In this document: positions 1 through 8,687 of the stretch, in pieces
Layout: each line of letters opens with the position of its first letter
Position numbering within the stretch: the first letter of the stretch is position 1
From: an uncultured Cellvibrio sp.
GTDB taxonomy: Bacteria > Pseudomonadota > Gammaproteobacteria > Pseudomonadales > Cellvibrionaceae
DNA length: 64,000 nt
Assembly (NCBI GenBank): GCA_965650675.1
Contig: CBFGPN010000003.1
Coordinates: forward strand, 4 to 64,003
Direction: 5' to 3'
Notes under the pieces: model-generated
Databases searched by the model: none
The model's input: only the letters and a program-made list of their open reading frames with translations
Told to the model about the DNA's origin: nothing
Program-made: the position numbers and the translations under genes

Positions 1-268
1 TAGCAGCACCTTCATTAATCACAGAGCCTGTGAACATAATCATCGGTAAAATGACAATCAAGATACAAACAAGCAGCGTAATAAATGCACTTAAATTGAT
101 GCGTCCTTTAAAGGCTTTTTGCAAACGTTGTTGTAAAGGATAGAAAATAACTGAAATTGCACAGGCCCAGAAAATGGTACCGAAGAAAGGTTTTAGAATC
201 AGAATAAAACCCAGGGAGACAAGAAATAAAAAAAATAAAAAAGTACTGGTTTCCAGTTTTTGCTGCAT
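1..268 (-). CDS. AI-2E family transporter (5' part; runs off the window start)
   Basis: Not in the ORF track. Manual translation from ATG at 268 gives MQQKLETSTFLFFLFLVSLGFILILKPFFGTIFWACAISVIFYPLQQRL..., the hydrophobic 'PF..i.wA..laxifyPl' N-terminus typical of AI-2E/PerM proteins. Confidence 0.8.
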   Translation of the reverse strand, partial: MQQKLETSTFLFFLFLVSLGFILILKPFFGTIFWACAISVIFYPLQQRLQKAFKGRINLSAFITLLVCILIVILPMIMFTGSVINEGAA

Positions 269-347
269 GGCGTAGTCCCCCCATCACGGGAATCAGAAAT
301 CAGGAGTGAAATCAGGGGTTGAAATATACGTGACTGTTGTTCTGCTG

Positions 348-1781
348 TCACGAAGGCAAACAAAAACGCACTTCCAATCCCTGTGGATTTACAGGCAGGA
401 AATCAAGTTGCCCCTGATGTATCTCGATAATACGCGCCACGATTGAAAGGCCGAGGCCGCTACCGGTTTGGTCGGCTGATTTTTGATCAGGTGATTGCCT
501 GAAAAAACGTTTTCCCAGTGATCCCAGTTTTTCTTTGGTAATACCGGGGCCATGATCAATAACACTGATTTGAATGTGTGTATTCAATTTAACGACTTTA
601 AGAAAAATACGAGCACCTTTGGGGCTGTATCGACAGGCATTATCGATAAGATTACGCAATAGTACAGACATTAATAACGGATGTGCGTAAATCCTGGTGT
701 GTTTAATCTCTTCGTCAAATTCTATTTGATGGTTTAACAACGCAAATTCATATGTATGGGTTTGTATAAATCCAGGCTCATCCTGAATCGATTGAATTAA
801 TACATCGAATAAATTGATATGGGATTTTTCACCTATGGCTTTGGGGTCTAGCTTTGCCAGTGTCAGCAATTGTTGCACCAGTCTATTGCTGCGGTTAATC
901 CCCGCCAATATTTTTTCCAGTTGTATTTGGCTTTGTTCAAGGGTTTTACTTTGCAATCCGAGTTGGGTGTTGAGTTTTAATGCAGAAAGTGGCGTGCGTA
1001 ATTCATGTGCGACATCGCCTAAAAACCGGCGTTCTATATCCACCGCATTGGCAACCCGGCTCATTAATTGATTAATAGCGGTTACGACTGGCGCTAATTC
1101 TTCCGGAGTTGAGTTTTCAATATGAATGGATTCCAGTTTGTCCAGATGTCTATCTTCCAGTTGTTTTGAAATTTGATGTAAAGGTTTTAATCCGCGACGA
1201 ATCACCCAAATTAAACACGCGCTCATCAATATGGCAGCAAAAAATAATCCACTGAGAGAACTCAGCAGGGTTTTTTTAACCAGTTCTTCACGAATGTCCT
1301 CACGCTCTGCCAATACAATCCATAAATTATTTTGTGGCATATATTGGGTAAAGATATGCCAATTGTGTTGTTGATAATGGGTAACGAAATAACCGCTTTC
1401 TAACGGTGATAACAGGTACAAAGGCGCAGTGGGCGTTTTTACCAATAAATTTCCTTCTTCATCCCAGAGTTGCACCGCTAATTTATTTTCATAACCATGG
1501 CCTGTGGAATGACGATCATCGTCATCAATATTGGTAAAATTATTCAGTGCTGTGAGTAAAGTGGAATTTAGTTTGTCGTAATCTATCTCATCAATAGGTC
1601 GATTTAAAAAGCTTTGCAAGATACGACTGGTTTGAGCCATCTGTGCATCATAAAGTTCATCTACTTCCTGAACTGTCACTTGTTGTGTAATCCATACAGT
1701 TAACAAGATGCTAAAACCCAGAAGGCTGAACAAGCTGACAAGAAAAAATCGCTTTAAAGACGATAGCAGCCACTGTTTCAT
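348..1781 (-). CDS. Sensor histidine kinase, QseC/PmrB(BasS)-like
   Basis: Two TM segments, periplasmic 'EVDELYDAQM' segment, HAMP, H-box DVAHELRTPL, N-box LLRNLIDNACRYS, G-boxes DHGPGI and GSGLGLSIV. Confidence 0.9.
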   Translation of the reverse strand: MKQWLLSSLKRFFLVSLFSLLGFSILLTVWITQQVTVQEVDELYDAQMAQTSRILQSFLNRPIDEIDYDKLNSTLLTALNNFTNIDDDDRHSTGHGYENKLAVQLWDEEGNLLVKTPTAPLYLLSPLESGYFVTHYQQHNWHIFTQYMPQNNLWIVLAEREDIREELVKKTLLSSLSGLFFAAILMSACLIWVIRRGLKPLHQISKQLEDRHLDKLESIHIENSTPEELAPVVTAINQLMSRVANAVDIERRFLGDVAHELRTPLSALKLNTQLGLQSKTLEQSQIQLEKILAGINRSNRLVQQLLTLAKLDPKAIGEKSHINLFDVLIQSIQDEPGFIQTHTYEFALLNHQIEFDEEIKHTRIYAHPLLMSVLLRNLIDNACRYSPKGARIFLKVVKLNTHIQISVIDHGPGITKEKLGSLGKRFFRQSPDQKSADQTGSGLGLSIVARIIEIHQGQLDFLPVNPQGLEVRFCLPS

Positions 1782-2458
1782 TATGGATTCTGTGTGTTGG
1801 ATTGTTTATCGACAACATAGCCAAATCCGCGCAGGGTGCGAATAAAATCTGGCGCAATTTTTTTTCGCAAATGATGTATATGCACTTCGAGCGCATTACT
1901 TTCTACATCGTCACACCAGGTATATAGACTTTGCTCCAGTTGTTCCCGACTTAAAACCCGACCGGGTGTCTCTAACAATTTCATCAGGATCATAAATTCA
2001 CGACGGGAGAGGTTAACACTTTTATCCTTGTAAAAAATTTCCTGGGTTTCAGGATTAATACGTAAATCGCCATGAATCAGTTGATTGTCTGCGCGGCCAG
2101 TGGCACGGCGTGAAATTGCTCTCAATCTGGCGAGTAATTCATCCAGTTCAAATGGTTTTAATAAATAATCATCAGCACCGGCATCAAGGCCTGAAATTTT
2201 ATCCAATAATGTATCGCGTGCAGTGAGTATTAATGTAGGAATAGTATTTTTTTCACGACGGATTTTTTTCAGAAAGCTAATGCCATCCATACCAGGCAAA
2301 CCGACATCCAATATCATTAAGTCAAAATTTTCATGTTTAATGGCGCGATAGGCCGATTCACTGTCTTTAGTCCAGTCAACGGCATAATGGTGCAGTGTCA
2401 TGGCTTCTTGCAGCGCTTCACCGAGCATTAAATCGTCTTCAACCAATAATAATCTCAT
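1781..2458 (-). CDS. OmpR-family response regulator, QseB/PmrA(BasR)-like
   Basis: MRLLLVEDD receiver start, phospho-Asp in ILDVGLP, LTARD, KPF, winged-helix end IRTLRGFGY. Start set to ATG 2458, which overlaps the apbE stop as ATGA. Confidence 0.92.
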   Translation of the reverse strand: MRLLLVEDDLMLGEALQEAMTLHHYAVDWTKDSESAYRAIKHENFDLMILDVGLPGMDGISFLKKIRREKNTIPTLILTARDTLLDKISGLDAGADDYLLKPFELDELLARLRAISRRATGRADNQLIHGDLRINPETQEIFYKDKSVNLSRREFMILMKLLETPGRVLSREQLEQSLYTWCDDVESNALEVHIHHLRKKIAPDFIRTLRGFGYVVDKQSNTQNP

Positions 2459-3381
2459 CGTAAACACCAGTGGATAGCTTGTTGGTTCTGCAAAAAATGT
2501 TCAGCCTTCTCACCTTGTAACAGTGCCAGTGTTGACAAGGTACCCGCCTGAACACAAGTGGAACCCGCCACAGTGACAGATTTGGGGGCATTCTCTATAG
2601 GGTAGCCTGTTTTCGGGTTAAGAATATGGCCATAACGTTTTCCATTGCGCAATAAAAAACGTTTGGCGTCACCGCTGGTTGCCAGTGCCCCTGCAGATAT
2701 TTCCAAAATTTTATTGGGTTCATATTGTTTATTTCGACTTTCTGTTTTTTTATCTGGAGCTTCTATACCGACTTGCCAGGGTTTTTGATTTTTTTGTGCA
2801 CCACTGACGGCCAAATCCCCGCCAAAATTAATTAATATCGGTAGATCGGTTTGTTCCATAACCAGATGCAAGGCTTTATCTACAGCATATTCTTTACCGA
2901 TTCCCCCCAAATCAATTTCCATGCCCGTCATTAGTGTTAAAAACGGTTTTTGCCAATGGACTTTGTCCCATCCAACCAAAGGTAAAATCGCATCTATATC
3001 CGGTTGCGCAGGAATTTTATCCGAGCCATCAAAAACCCATACGCGGCGCAACACGCCTGATGTAATGTCGAAAAGTCCATCGCTTAATTGATAACAGAGT
3101 TGTGCGTAATCAATTAATGCGCAGGTTTCATCGTCCAGCTCAATTGTTTTTCCGTTTGCGCTATTAATGGCGTGAATAGTATTGTCGCTGCGATATCGAC
3201 TGAATTTTTCTTCAATGCGTTTGGTTTCTGTTTGCGCTATTTGTGCCAATGAATAAGCCAGGCTGGGGTCATCGGTTTCTATTAAAATTTCACACAGGCT
3301 GGCCATGGCACGAAATTGACCGAGGAAGTGTTGGCCTTTTGGAATTAAGGTTAATTCATTTTGTAAGCTGGATTTTTTCAT
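2455..3381 (-). CDS. apbE: FAD:protein FMN transferase (ApbE family)
   Basis: Motifs FSRYRSDN, GLFDITSG, IDLGGIGKEYAVD, INFGGD, ALATSGD, YGHILNPKTGYP. Confidence 0.92.
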   Translation of the reverse strand: MKKSSLQNELTLIPKGQHFLGQFRAMASLCEILIETDDPSLAYSLAQIAQTETKRIEEKFSRYRSDNTIHAINSANGKTIELDDETCALIDYAQLCYQLSDGLFDITSGVLRRVWVFDGSDKIPAQPDIDAILPLVGWDKVHWQKPFLTLMTGMEIDLGGIGKEYAVDKALHLVMEQTDLPILINFGGDLAVSGAQKNQKPWQVGIEAPDKKTESRNKQYEPNKILEISAGALATSGDAKRFLLRNGKRYGHILNPKTGYPIENAPKSVTVAGSTCVQAGTLSTLALLQGEKAEHFLQNQQAIHWCLR

Positions 3382-3458
3382 GAATATATATTATTGCAAT
3401 CCGTCGATATGATGTCATTTGCAAAATATATCCTATTCGGGAATTGCTTGCCTTAAAT

Positions 3459-3481
3459 AAAAAAGCCCGCACAAAGCGGGC
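3459..3481 (-). terminator. Probable intrinsic terminator after the DUF3570 gene
   Basis: The minus strand reads GCCCGC-TTTGT-GCGGGC followed by a T-run. Confidence 0.65.
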
Positions 3482-3494
3482 AAAAAAGGCCTAA

Positions 3495-4832
3495 CTAAAA
3501 TTCGAACGAATAGCCAACAGAAATGGTCATGGCTTCCATATCAGGCGCCAAATCCAGACCTGCTAATTCGGGTAGATCTGAACGATTCACCTCATAAGAC
3601 TGGGTATATTGCTCAACACGAATATTGAATTCACTGGTTCGGCTGAATTCAATTCCATACTTGAGGCCAAATGTTATTCCACTTAATTCTGCCAGACGTG
3701 GATCAGCTGATGCATAATCAAGATTAATACTGCTACCTGTTACCTGTTGCGATTGCAAAAGATACAAATTGTAAAAATCTGCAGCTGTTTGTTGGTACCA
3801 ACGCACATGAGGTTCAAAATACATATTACCGGCAAATTGATAGCGATAGCGTAAATCCAGCGTATGAGAATCTATTCCCCAATCATCGGTGTAATAACGG
3901 TACGAGAAATCAATCACATCTTCTGTCAAATGGATTTTATTTGCCCAATACAAACTGTGTCTGGTGCGCGAATCAGGTCTGCTTTCATAGGCATACCAAT
4001 TATCGATATCTGCTGATGGGTGATTGACAATATTGCCTTGATCATCAAGCACCGAGAGTATTTTGTAGGGATCAGTGTGGTAACCACTTGAAGAGCCATA
4101 AGAATAATTTAATTGTGTTACCCAGTGGCGATTCATCACTTGTGTTACACCCAGCAAAACATCCAGCACATTTTTGCTTTCATCGGATCGTGTTTGTTTT
4201 AAATCTTCGTTTTCTTCACCGTAGACCATCGCGGTTAATTCAACCGGTGTACCACCAACGGGATTAATTTGATCGGCTTCATATCCCACACCGAAAGACA
4301 AAGTGGTGTTTTTGTTATTGAAGTCGCGTGCAATCGCTGCATTCAAAGCCACAGAGGTAAAGTCATACTCTTTTGAAAAATTTCCGCCAACCGAAATTTT
4401 ATTGCGTTCTCCCCAAGGCTGTTCCCAGCCAAGATTGAGTGCTGCGCGTGTATCTTTAAAACTGTCATCAAGCGGCGTTTCACCGGCATCAGCGGTGTAA
4501 GAATTTTCACCTGAAGGGCCTGTAAATGTTTGCGGGTTATTGGATGCTACGGCACCATTGGGTGATGCACCGGTTAAAGAGTCCAGTGTCATTTTCATTG
4601 AAAAAATGCGTTCATCACCCAAATCTTTTTTCAATGCGACGATTGGTTCAATCGCTGTCACACGGCTATCCGATTCGGAATAAACCAGCAGCGATGAATC
4701 CACTTGCCAGGGAGATTCTTTTGCATGGCTGGTGGCAGACACTAAATTCACACTGGCGGCAGCGAGTAATAATGCAATATTGCCCGCAGACGTTTTGTGA
4801 TTACTTTTGGTTGGTGGGGTGATTAGTTGCAT
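3495..4832 (-). CDS. DUF3570 family outer-membrane beta-barrel protein, candidate ApbE substrate
   Basis: Signal peptide, DSLTGASPNG motif, alternating beta-strand pattern, C-terminal beta-signal ISVGYSFEF, and position between DUF4266 and apbE. Confidence 0.85.
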   Translation of the reverse strand: MQLITPPTKSNHKTSAGNIALLLAAASVNLVSATSHAKESPWQVDSSLLVYSESDSRVTAIEPIVALKKDLGDERIFSMKMTLDSLTGASPNGAVASNNPQTFTGPSGENSYTADAGETPLDDSFKDTRAALNLGWEQPWGERNKISVGGNFSKEYDFTSVALNAAIARDFNNKNTTLSFGVGYEADQINPVGGTPVELTAMVYGEENEDLKQTRSDESKNVLDVLLGVTQVMNRHWVTQLNYSYGSSSGYHTDPYKILSVLDDQGNIVNHPSADIDNWYAYESRPDSRTRHSLYWANKIHLTEDVIDFSYRYYTDDWGIDSHTLDLRYRYQFAGNMYFEPHVRWYQQTAADFYNLYLLQSQQVTGSSINLDYASADPRLAELSGITFGLKYGIEFSRTSEFNIRVEQYTQSYEVNRSDLPELAGLDLAPDMEAMTISVGYSFEF

Positions 4833-5053
4833 CCGCAGCCACCTCCGCCAAAACCTCTACCACCGGTAGACGCTTCTTTACTGAAATAAGTGTGATCATC
4901 AGAAGCTGACTCTAATGGGTAAGCATTAAGTTGCATGGATTTTTTTGCGAGTAAATCTCGTTCCCAGGGTTTGACACCTAAATTTGAACAGCCTGATAAC
5001 AGGCTGACGCCGATTATCAGGCTAATCATTAAAATCATTCTTCGATCAAGCAT
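4823..5053 (-). CDS. DUF4266 family small lipoprotein
   Basis: Lipobox LSGC, VKPWER motif, HTYFSKEASTGG, and C-terminal GGGGCGCN. Confidence 0.88.
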   Translation of the reverse strand: MLDRRMILMISLIIGVSLLSGCSNLGVKPWERDLLAKKSMQLNAYPLESASDDHTYFSKEASTGGRGFGGGGCGCN

Positions 5054-5075
5054 AAATTACCCCGAAGGTTGAAAA

Positions 5076-5522
5076 TTATTGTTGGTTAATAAGTTGTTGG
5101 ATTTCTGATTCGTAAATCGATTTTTTCTTCTCATGAAAGCCCAGATGTTTAAATACAATTTTCCCCTGCCGATCCAGAATAAAAGAACTTGGCATAGCAG
5201 CTACTTGATACTCGGTTGCCAAATCACCTTTAGCATCAAAAATAATTTTAAATTGAGGGGATGTTTCTTTGATAAATTGATCGGCCAAGGTTTTTTCCTG
5301 ATCAACGTTGACTCCAATTACTACCAAATCTTTTCCGTATTTTTGATGAATTTCATTCATCCATGGAAAAGATTTTCGACAAGGAATACACCATGAGGCC
5401 CAGAAATCCACGTAGACCACTTTGCCTTTGTATTGTTCAATGTTTAATTCGTTGCTAGCCAATACTAAATGCGAGTAAGTTGCAACAATGATCATGCAAC
5501 AGAATTTGAGAATGCTTTTCAT
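5076..5522 (-). CDS. TlpA-family thiol-disulfide oxidoreductase
   Basis: Signal peptide, KGKVVYVDFWASWCIPC, and cis-Pro motif AMPSSFILDRQG. Confidence 0.92.
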   Translation of the reverse strand: MKSILKFCCMIIVATYSHLVLASNELNIEQYKGKVVYVDFWASWCIPCRKSFPWMNEIHQKYGKDLVVIGVNVDQEKTLADQFIKETSPQFKIIFDAKGDLATEYQVAAMPSSFILDRQGKIVFKHLGFHEKKKSIYESEIQQLINQQ

Positions 5523-5566
5523 AAAACCTCTGCTCAGTTTATTTATTACTACTAAAGCAAACCTAA

Positions 5567-5583
5567 CTTAAGAATAGCTTAAG
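5567..5583. promoter_or_regulatory. PmrA/BasR-type direct-repeat box 1
   Basis: CTTAAG-AATAG-CTTAAG matches YTTAAK-N5-YTTAAK and lies in the divergent tlpA/PAP2 intergenic region. Confidence 0.7.
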
Positions 5584-5618
5584 GCTCTTCATAAAAATCA
5601 ACATCTGATAAAAATTCA

Positions 5619-5635
5619 CTTAAGTTTCCCTTAAT
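5619..5635. promoter_or_regulatory. PmrA/BasR-type direct-repeat box 2
   Basis: CTTAAG-TTTCC-CTTAAT, the same consensus, 52 bp from box 1. Confidence 0.7.
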
Positions 5636-5715
5636 AAAGGGATTTTAACGTTAGTTCATGAATTTCATATCTTGTTGGCTTTAATTTTTTATCCGAATTG
5701 TCAGGTTTGTTGATT

Positions 5716-6465
5716 ATGGAAATATCAGGGCTGAGTTACCAATCCAAAGTTTCTCCGATGGTTAAGCCTGGCTATCAATATGTTGGAGCCGTCAGGGTAT
5801 GGATATTGGCTGCATTGTTTTTTTCCTTTGTAAATGAATATTTCAGCTTTGATCGAAAACTTGCAGATCTGATTTATCTGACTGGCAGCCATTCCTGGGC
5901 GCTGCAAAAAAATTATTGGTTACAACAAGTTATTCACAATGGCGGGAGAAATGTTTCCATTTTTATGGAAGTACTTGTCTTATCCCTCTACCTCGGTAGC
6001 TTCGCTTTCAACTATTTTCGACATTTTCGAAAGATTTTTTTATATCTGTTTTTATCTGTGCTTATCAGTACAAGTCTGGTCGGCATTTTTAAACACTACT
6101 TGCGCTTGTCTTGTCCTTGGGAATTTTCAATTTACGGTGGGCAATTGGAGTATCTCAGTCGTATTTCCCAACTATGGGTGGCCAACGGTGCAGGATGTTT
6201 TCCGGCTGGACATTCCAGTGCAGGTTATTCCTGGATTTGTCTGTTTTTTGTTGGAAGTTATTTAAAAAGTAATTGGCGTTGGTATGGTCTGTTTATTCCT
6301 TTATTTGCAGGACTGGTATTTGGTTTTGCCCAGCAATTACGTGGCGCACATTTTCTTTCTGATGATATTTGGACATTAACTATTTGCGGGATAACGGCTG
6401 TTTTACTTTATCGGAAAATGTTGATTGTTGATGCCAAAATTAACCCATTCATAACAGGGCGTTGA
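5716..6465 (+). CDS. PAP2-family membrane phosphatase
   Basis: Motifs RLSCPW, CFPAGHSSAG and QQLRGAHFLSD, with multiple TM helices. Start set to ATG 5716 (ORF track 5698). Confidence 0.85.
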   Translation: MEISGLSYQSKVSPMVKPGYQYVGAVRVWILAALFFSFVNEYFSFDRKLADLIYLTGSHSWALQKNYWLQQVIHNGGRNVSIFMEVLVLSLYLGSFAFNYFRHFRKIFLYLFLSVLISTSLVGIFKHYLRLSCPWEFSIYGGQLEYLSRISQLWVANGAGCFPAGHSSAGYSWICLFFVGSYLKSNWRWYGLFIPLFAGLVFGFAQQLRGAHFLSDDIWTLTICGITAVLLYRKMLIVDAKINPFITGR

Positions 6466-6466
6466 T

Positions 6467-8125
6467 ATGTTATTGGTTTCCAAATTGACGCAACTATCTG
6501 TACCTGACTTCAAATTTGAAATGTCATCTGTAAGATTGTCTGCACTCTGTTCGTTGTTAACCGTTATTTTCTACAATAAAGCATTTTTTACTGCCGCTAT
6601 TGGTTTGGTTGAACATTGGAATTTTGAGAATTCGTTTTTAATTATTGGATTGACTGTTTTTCTGTTTACCCTGAATTTTATTTTATTTTTGTTATTGGTT
6701 ATCCCATGGGCATTTCGGGTGATATTTATCGGGATCTTTATCTGTGCAGCTATAGCTCAATATTTTATGTTGTCTTATGGAATTTTGATTCATCAGACTA
6801 TGGTACAAAACCTGATGGAAACCGATACGGCTGAAATATCCGGTTTATTGTCTGTCAACTTATTAATTGAATTTATTCTACTGGGTGTCATTCCATCATT
6901 ATTCATTTTGCGAACGTCAATTGTTTATAAAAGTATTGGTTCGGAAATCTGGCTTAGGGTTCGTTACATCACCCTTGGCGTATTGATTATATTCAGCATA
7001 TTGTTAATGAATACTGCCGGTTTTTCTTCTTTTTTTCGTGAGCATAAAAATGTTCGCCAAATGGCAAATCCACTCAACTTTATATACGCAAGCATCGGTT
7101 ATTTTTCAAAGAATAGCGCACCAGTTATCATTCAGCCTTTAGGCAAGGACGCTCATTTATCACCACTGGGTAATAGTTTGCGCAAACCTTTGTTGGTTGT
7201 GTTGGTGGTGGGTGAGACTGCCAGAGCAGACCATTTTTCAATCAACGGATATTCGCGACCCACTACACCTTTGATGGCTAACGAAAATATTATTAATTTT
7301 TCATCGGTTGTTTCGTGTGGTACTGAAACTGCTGTATCAGTACCTTGTATGATGTCCTTGCTCACAAGAAAAGGTTATTCAAATGAAAAGGCCAAACACC
7401 AGGAATCTGTTTTGGATATATTGAGCCATGCCGGAATTGGTGTTTTTTGGCGTGATAATAATTCCAGCTGTAAAGGTGCATGCGACCGTCTGGCTTATGA
7501 GAATATCCAAAAATGGAAATTACCGGAATTGTGTAACGACCGTGAGTGTTTTGATAAGGCATTATTATTTGAGTTGGATAAAAAATTAATGACGATGCAA
7601 TCTTCATCCGGGCATAAGTTAATTGTATTGCATCAAAAGGGTAGTCATGGACCGGATTATTATCACCGTTATCCCGAACAAGAGGAATTTTTTAAGCCGG
7701 TATGTAAAACCAACGAGTTACAAGATTGCTCCAGTGAAGAAATTATTAATGCTTTTGATAATACTATTCGCTATACCGATCAGTTTTTGGCGGCGACTAT
7801 TGATTGGTTAAAACTCAGGAGTCCGGATTACGATACCGCAATGATTTATCTTTCTGATCATGGTGAATCTTTAGGTGAGAATCACCTTTATTTACATGGT
7901 ATGCCTTATTTGATAGCACCGGATGTGCAGAAAAAAATCCCTTTTTTATTTTGGTTATCACCTGGATTTGAGCGTGATAACAATATCAATCGACAATGTT
8001 TACTTGATATGTCATCAAGAGAATTTTCCCAGGACAATTTGTCCCATACGTTAATGGGATTTATGAATGTATTGAGTCAAATTTATAATAGCCAATTGGA
8101 TATATTGGCGACTTGTCGTCATTGA
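6467..8125 (+). CDS. eptA: Phosphoethanolamine-lipid A transferase (EptA/PmrC family)
   Basis: N-terminal membrane domain, VVGETARAD, catalytic Thr region SCGTETAVSVPCM, GSHGPDYY, YDTAMIYLSDHGESLGE, YLHG. Confidence 0.92.
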   Translation: MLLVSKLTQLSVPDFKFEMSSVRLSALCSLLTVIFYNKAFFTAAIGLVEHWNFENSFLIIGLTVFLFTLNFILFLLLVIPWAFRVIFIGIFICAAIAQYFMLSYGILIHQTMVQNLMETDTAEISGLLSVNLLIEFILLGVIPSLFILRTSIVYKSIGSEIWLRVRYITLGVLIIFSILLMNTAGFSSFFREHKNVRQMANPLNFIYASIGYFSKNSAPVIIQPLGKDAHLSPLGNSLRKPLLVVLVVGETARADHFSINGYSRPTTPLMANENIINFSSVVSCGTETAVSVPCMMSLLTRKGYSNEKAKHQESVLDILSHAGIGVFWRDNNSSCKGACDRLAYENIQKWKLPELCNDRECFDKALLFELDKKLMTMQSSSGHKLIVLHQKGSHGPDYYHRYPEQEEFFKPVCKTNELQDCSSEEIINAFDNTIRYTDQFLAATIDWLKLRSPDYDTAMIYLSDHGESLGENHLYLHGMPYLIAPDVQKKIPFLFWLSPGFERDNNINRQCLLDMSSREFSQDNLSHTLMGFMNVLSQIYNSQLDILATCRH

Positions 8126-8130
8126 TTGTA

Positions 8131-8154
8131 GCCCTTGGGTAGTTACCCAAGGGC
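8131..8154. terminator. 11-bp hairpin between convergent genes
   Basis: GCCCTTGGGTA-gt-TACCCAAGGGC. There is no strong U-tail. Confidence 0.45.
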
Positions 8155-8161
8155 ACAGATT

Positions 8162-8512
8162 TTATTCATCCCGTGTATTGACTGAATCAACGACACCGTT
8201 TTTAAAAGTTATACCAAGAATACGTTTGGCAACAACTTTTTCCGAGTTAATCGAGAATAGAAAAATAAATCTTTTATCCGATTTCATTTTGCGCTCGTTA
8301 ACGTATTCATATATCTCTGTGCCATCTTGATTTGACTGGATTTTATCCGGCATTCCCAGGTTAGCAATAATCCATTGTTTGTCAGTTTTGCCTGTTTCGA
8401 TTTGTACCATCTTCTGTTTGTCGATATTATTGCTTTCGTTTTGATAAGTATTTTGCGTATACACACAAGCAGTCATAACGATACAAGCGAGAATCACAAT
8501 TAGTTTTTTCAT
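8162..8512 (-). CDS. Lipoprotein, SmpA/OmlA(BamE)-like domain
   Basis: Lipobox MTAC and the pattern 'IETGKTDKQWIIANLGMPD...YEY...ITFKNGVV'. Confidence 0.6.
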   Translation of the reverse strand: MKKLIVILACIVMTACVYTQNTYQNESNNIDKQKMVQIETGKTDKQWIIANLGMPDKIQSNQDGTEIYEYVNERKMKSDKRFIFLFSINSEKVVAKRILGITFKNGVVDSVNTRDE

Positions 8513-8687
8513 AGGTCTACCTCAAAGGTTAATAAAAGCAGCTCGAACGGAAAAAGCGGTTGCACAGTAGTTAAGACGATAAGCTTCTTGAGTTGGATTC
8601 AAGTAAAACTAATATTAGTTATGGATAACTGATTCCTGGCTGAATGACGCAAATCAACTGGAGAGCAACTATCAGGCTGAACCATTT

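Noticed and set aside
289-325. Three AATCAG repeats upstream of the AI-2E gene
   Set aside because: The spacing is irregular (7 and 13 nt) and does not match the regulator boxes at 5567 and 5619. Too short to call.
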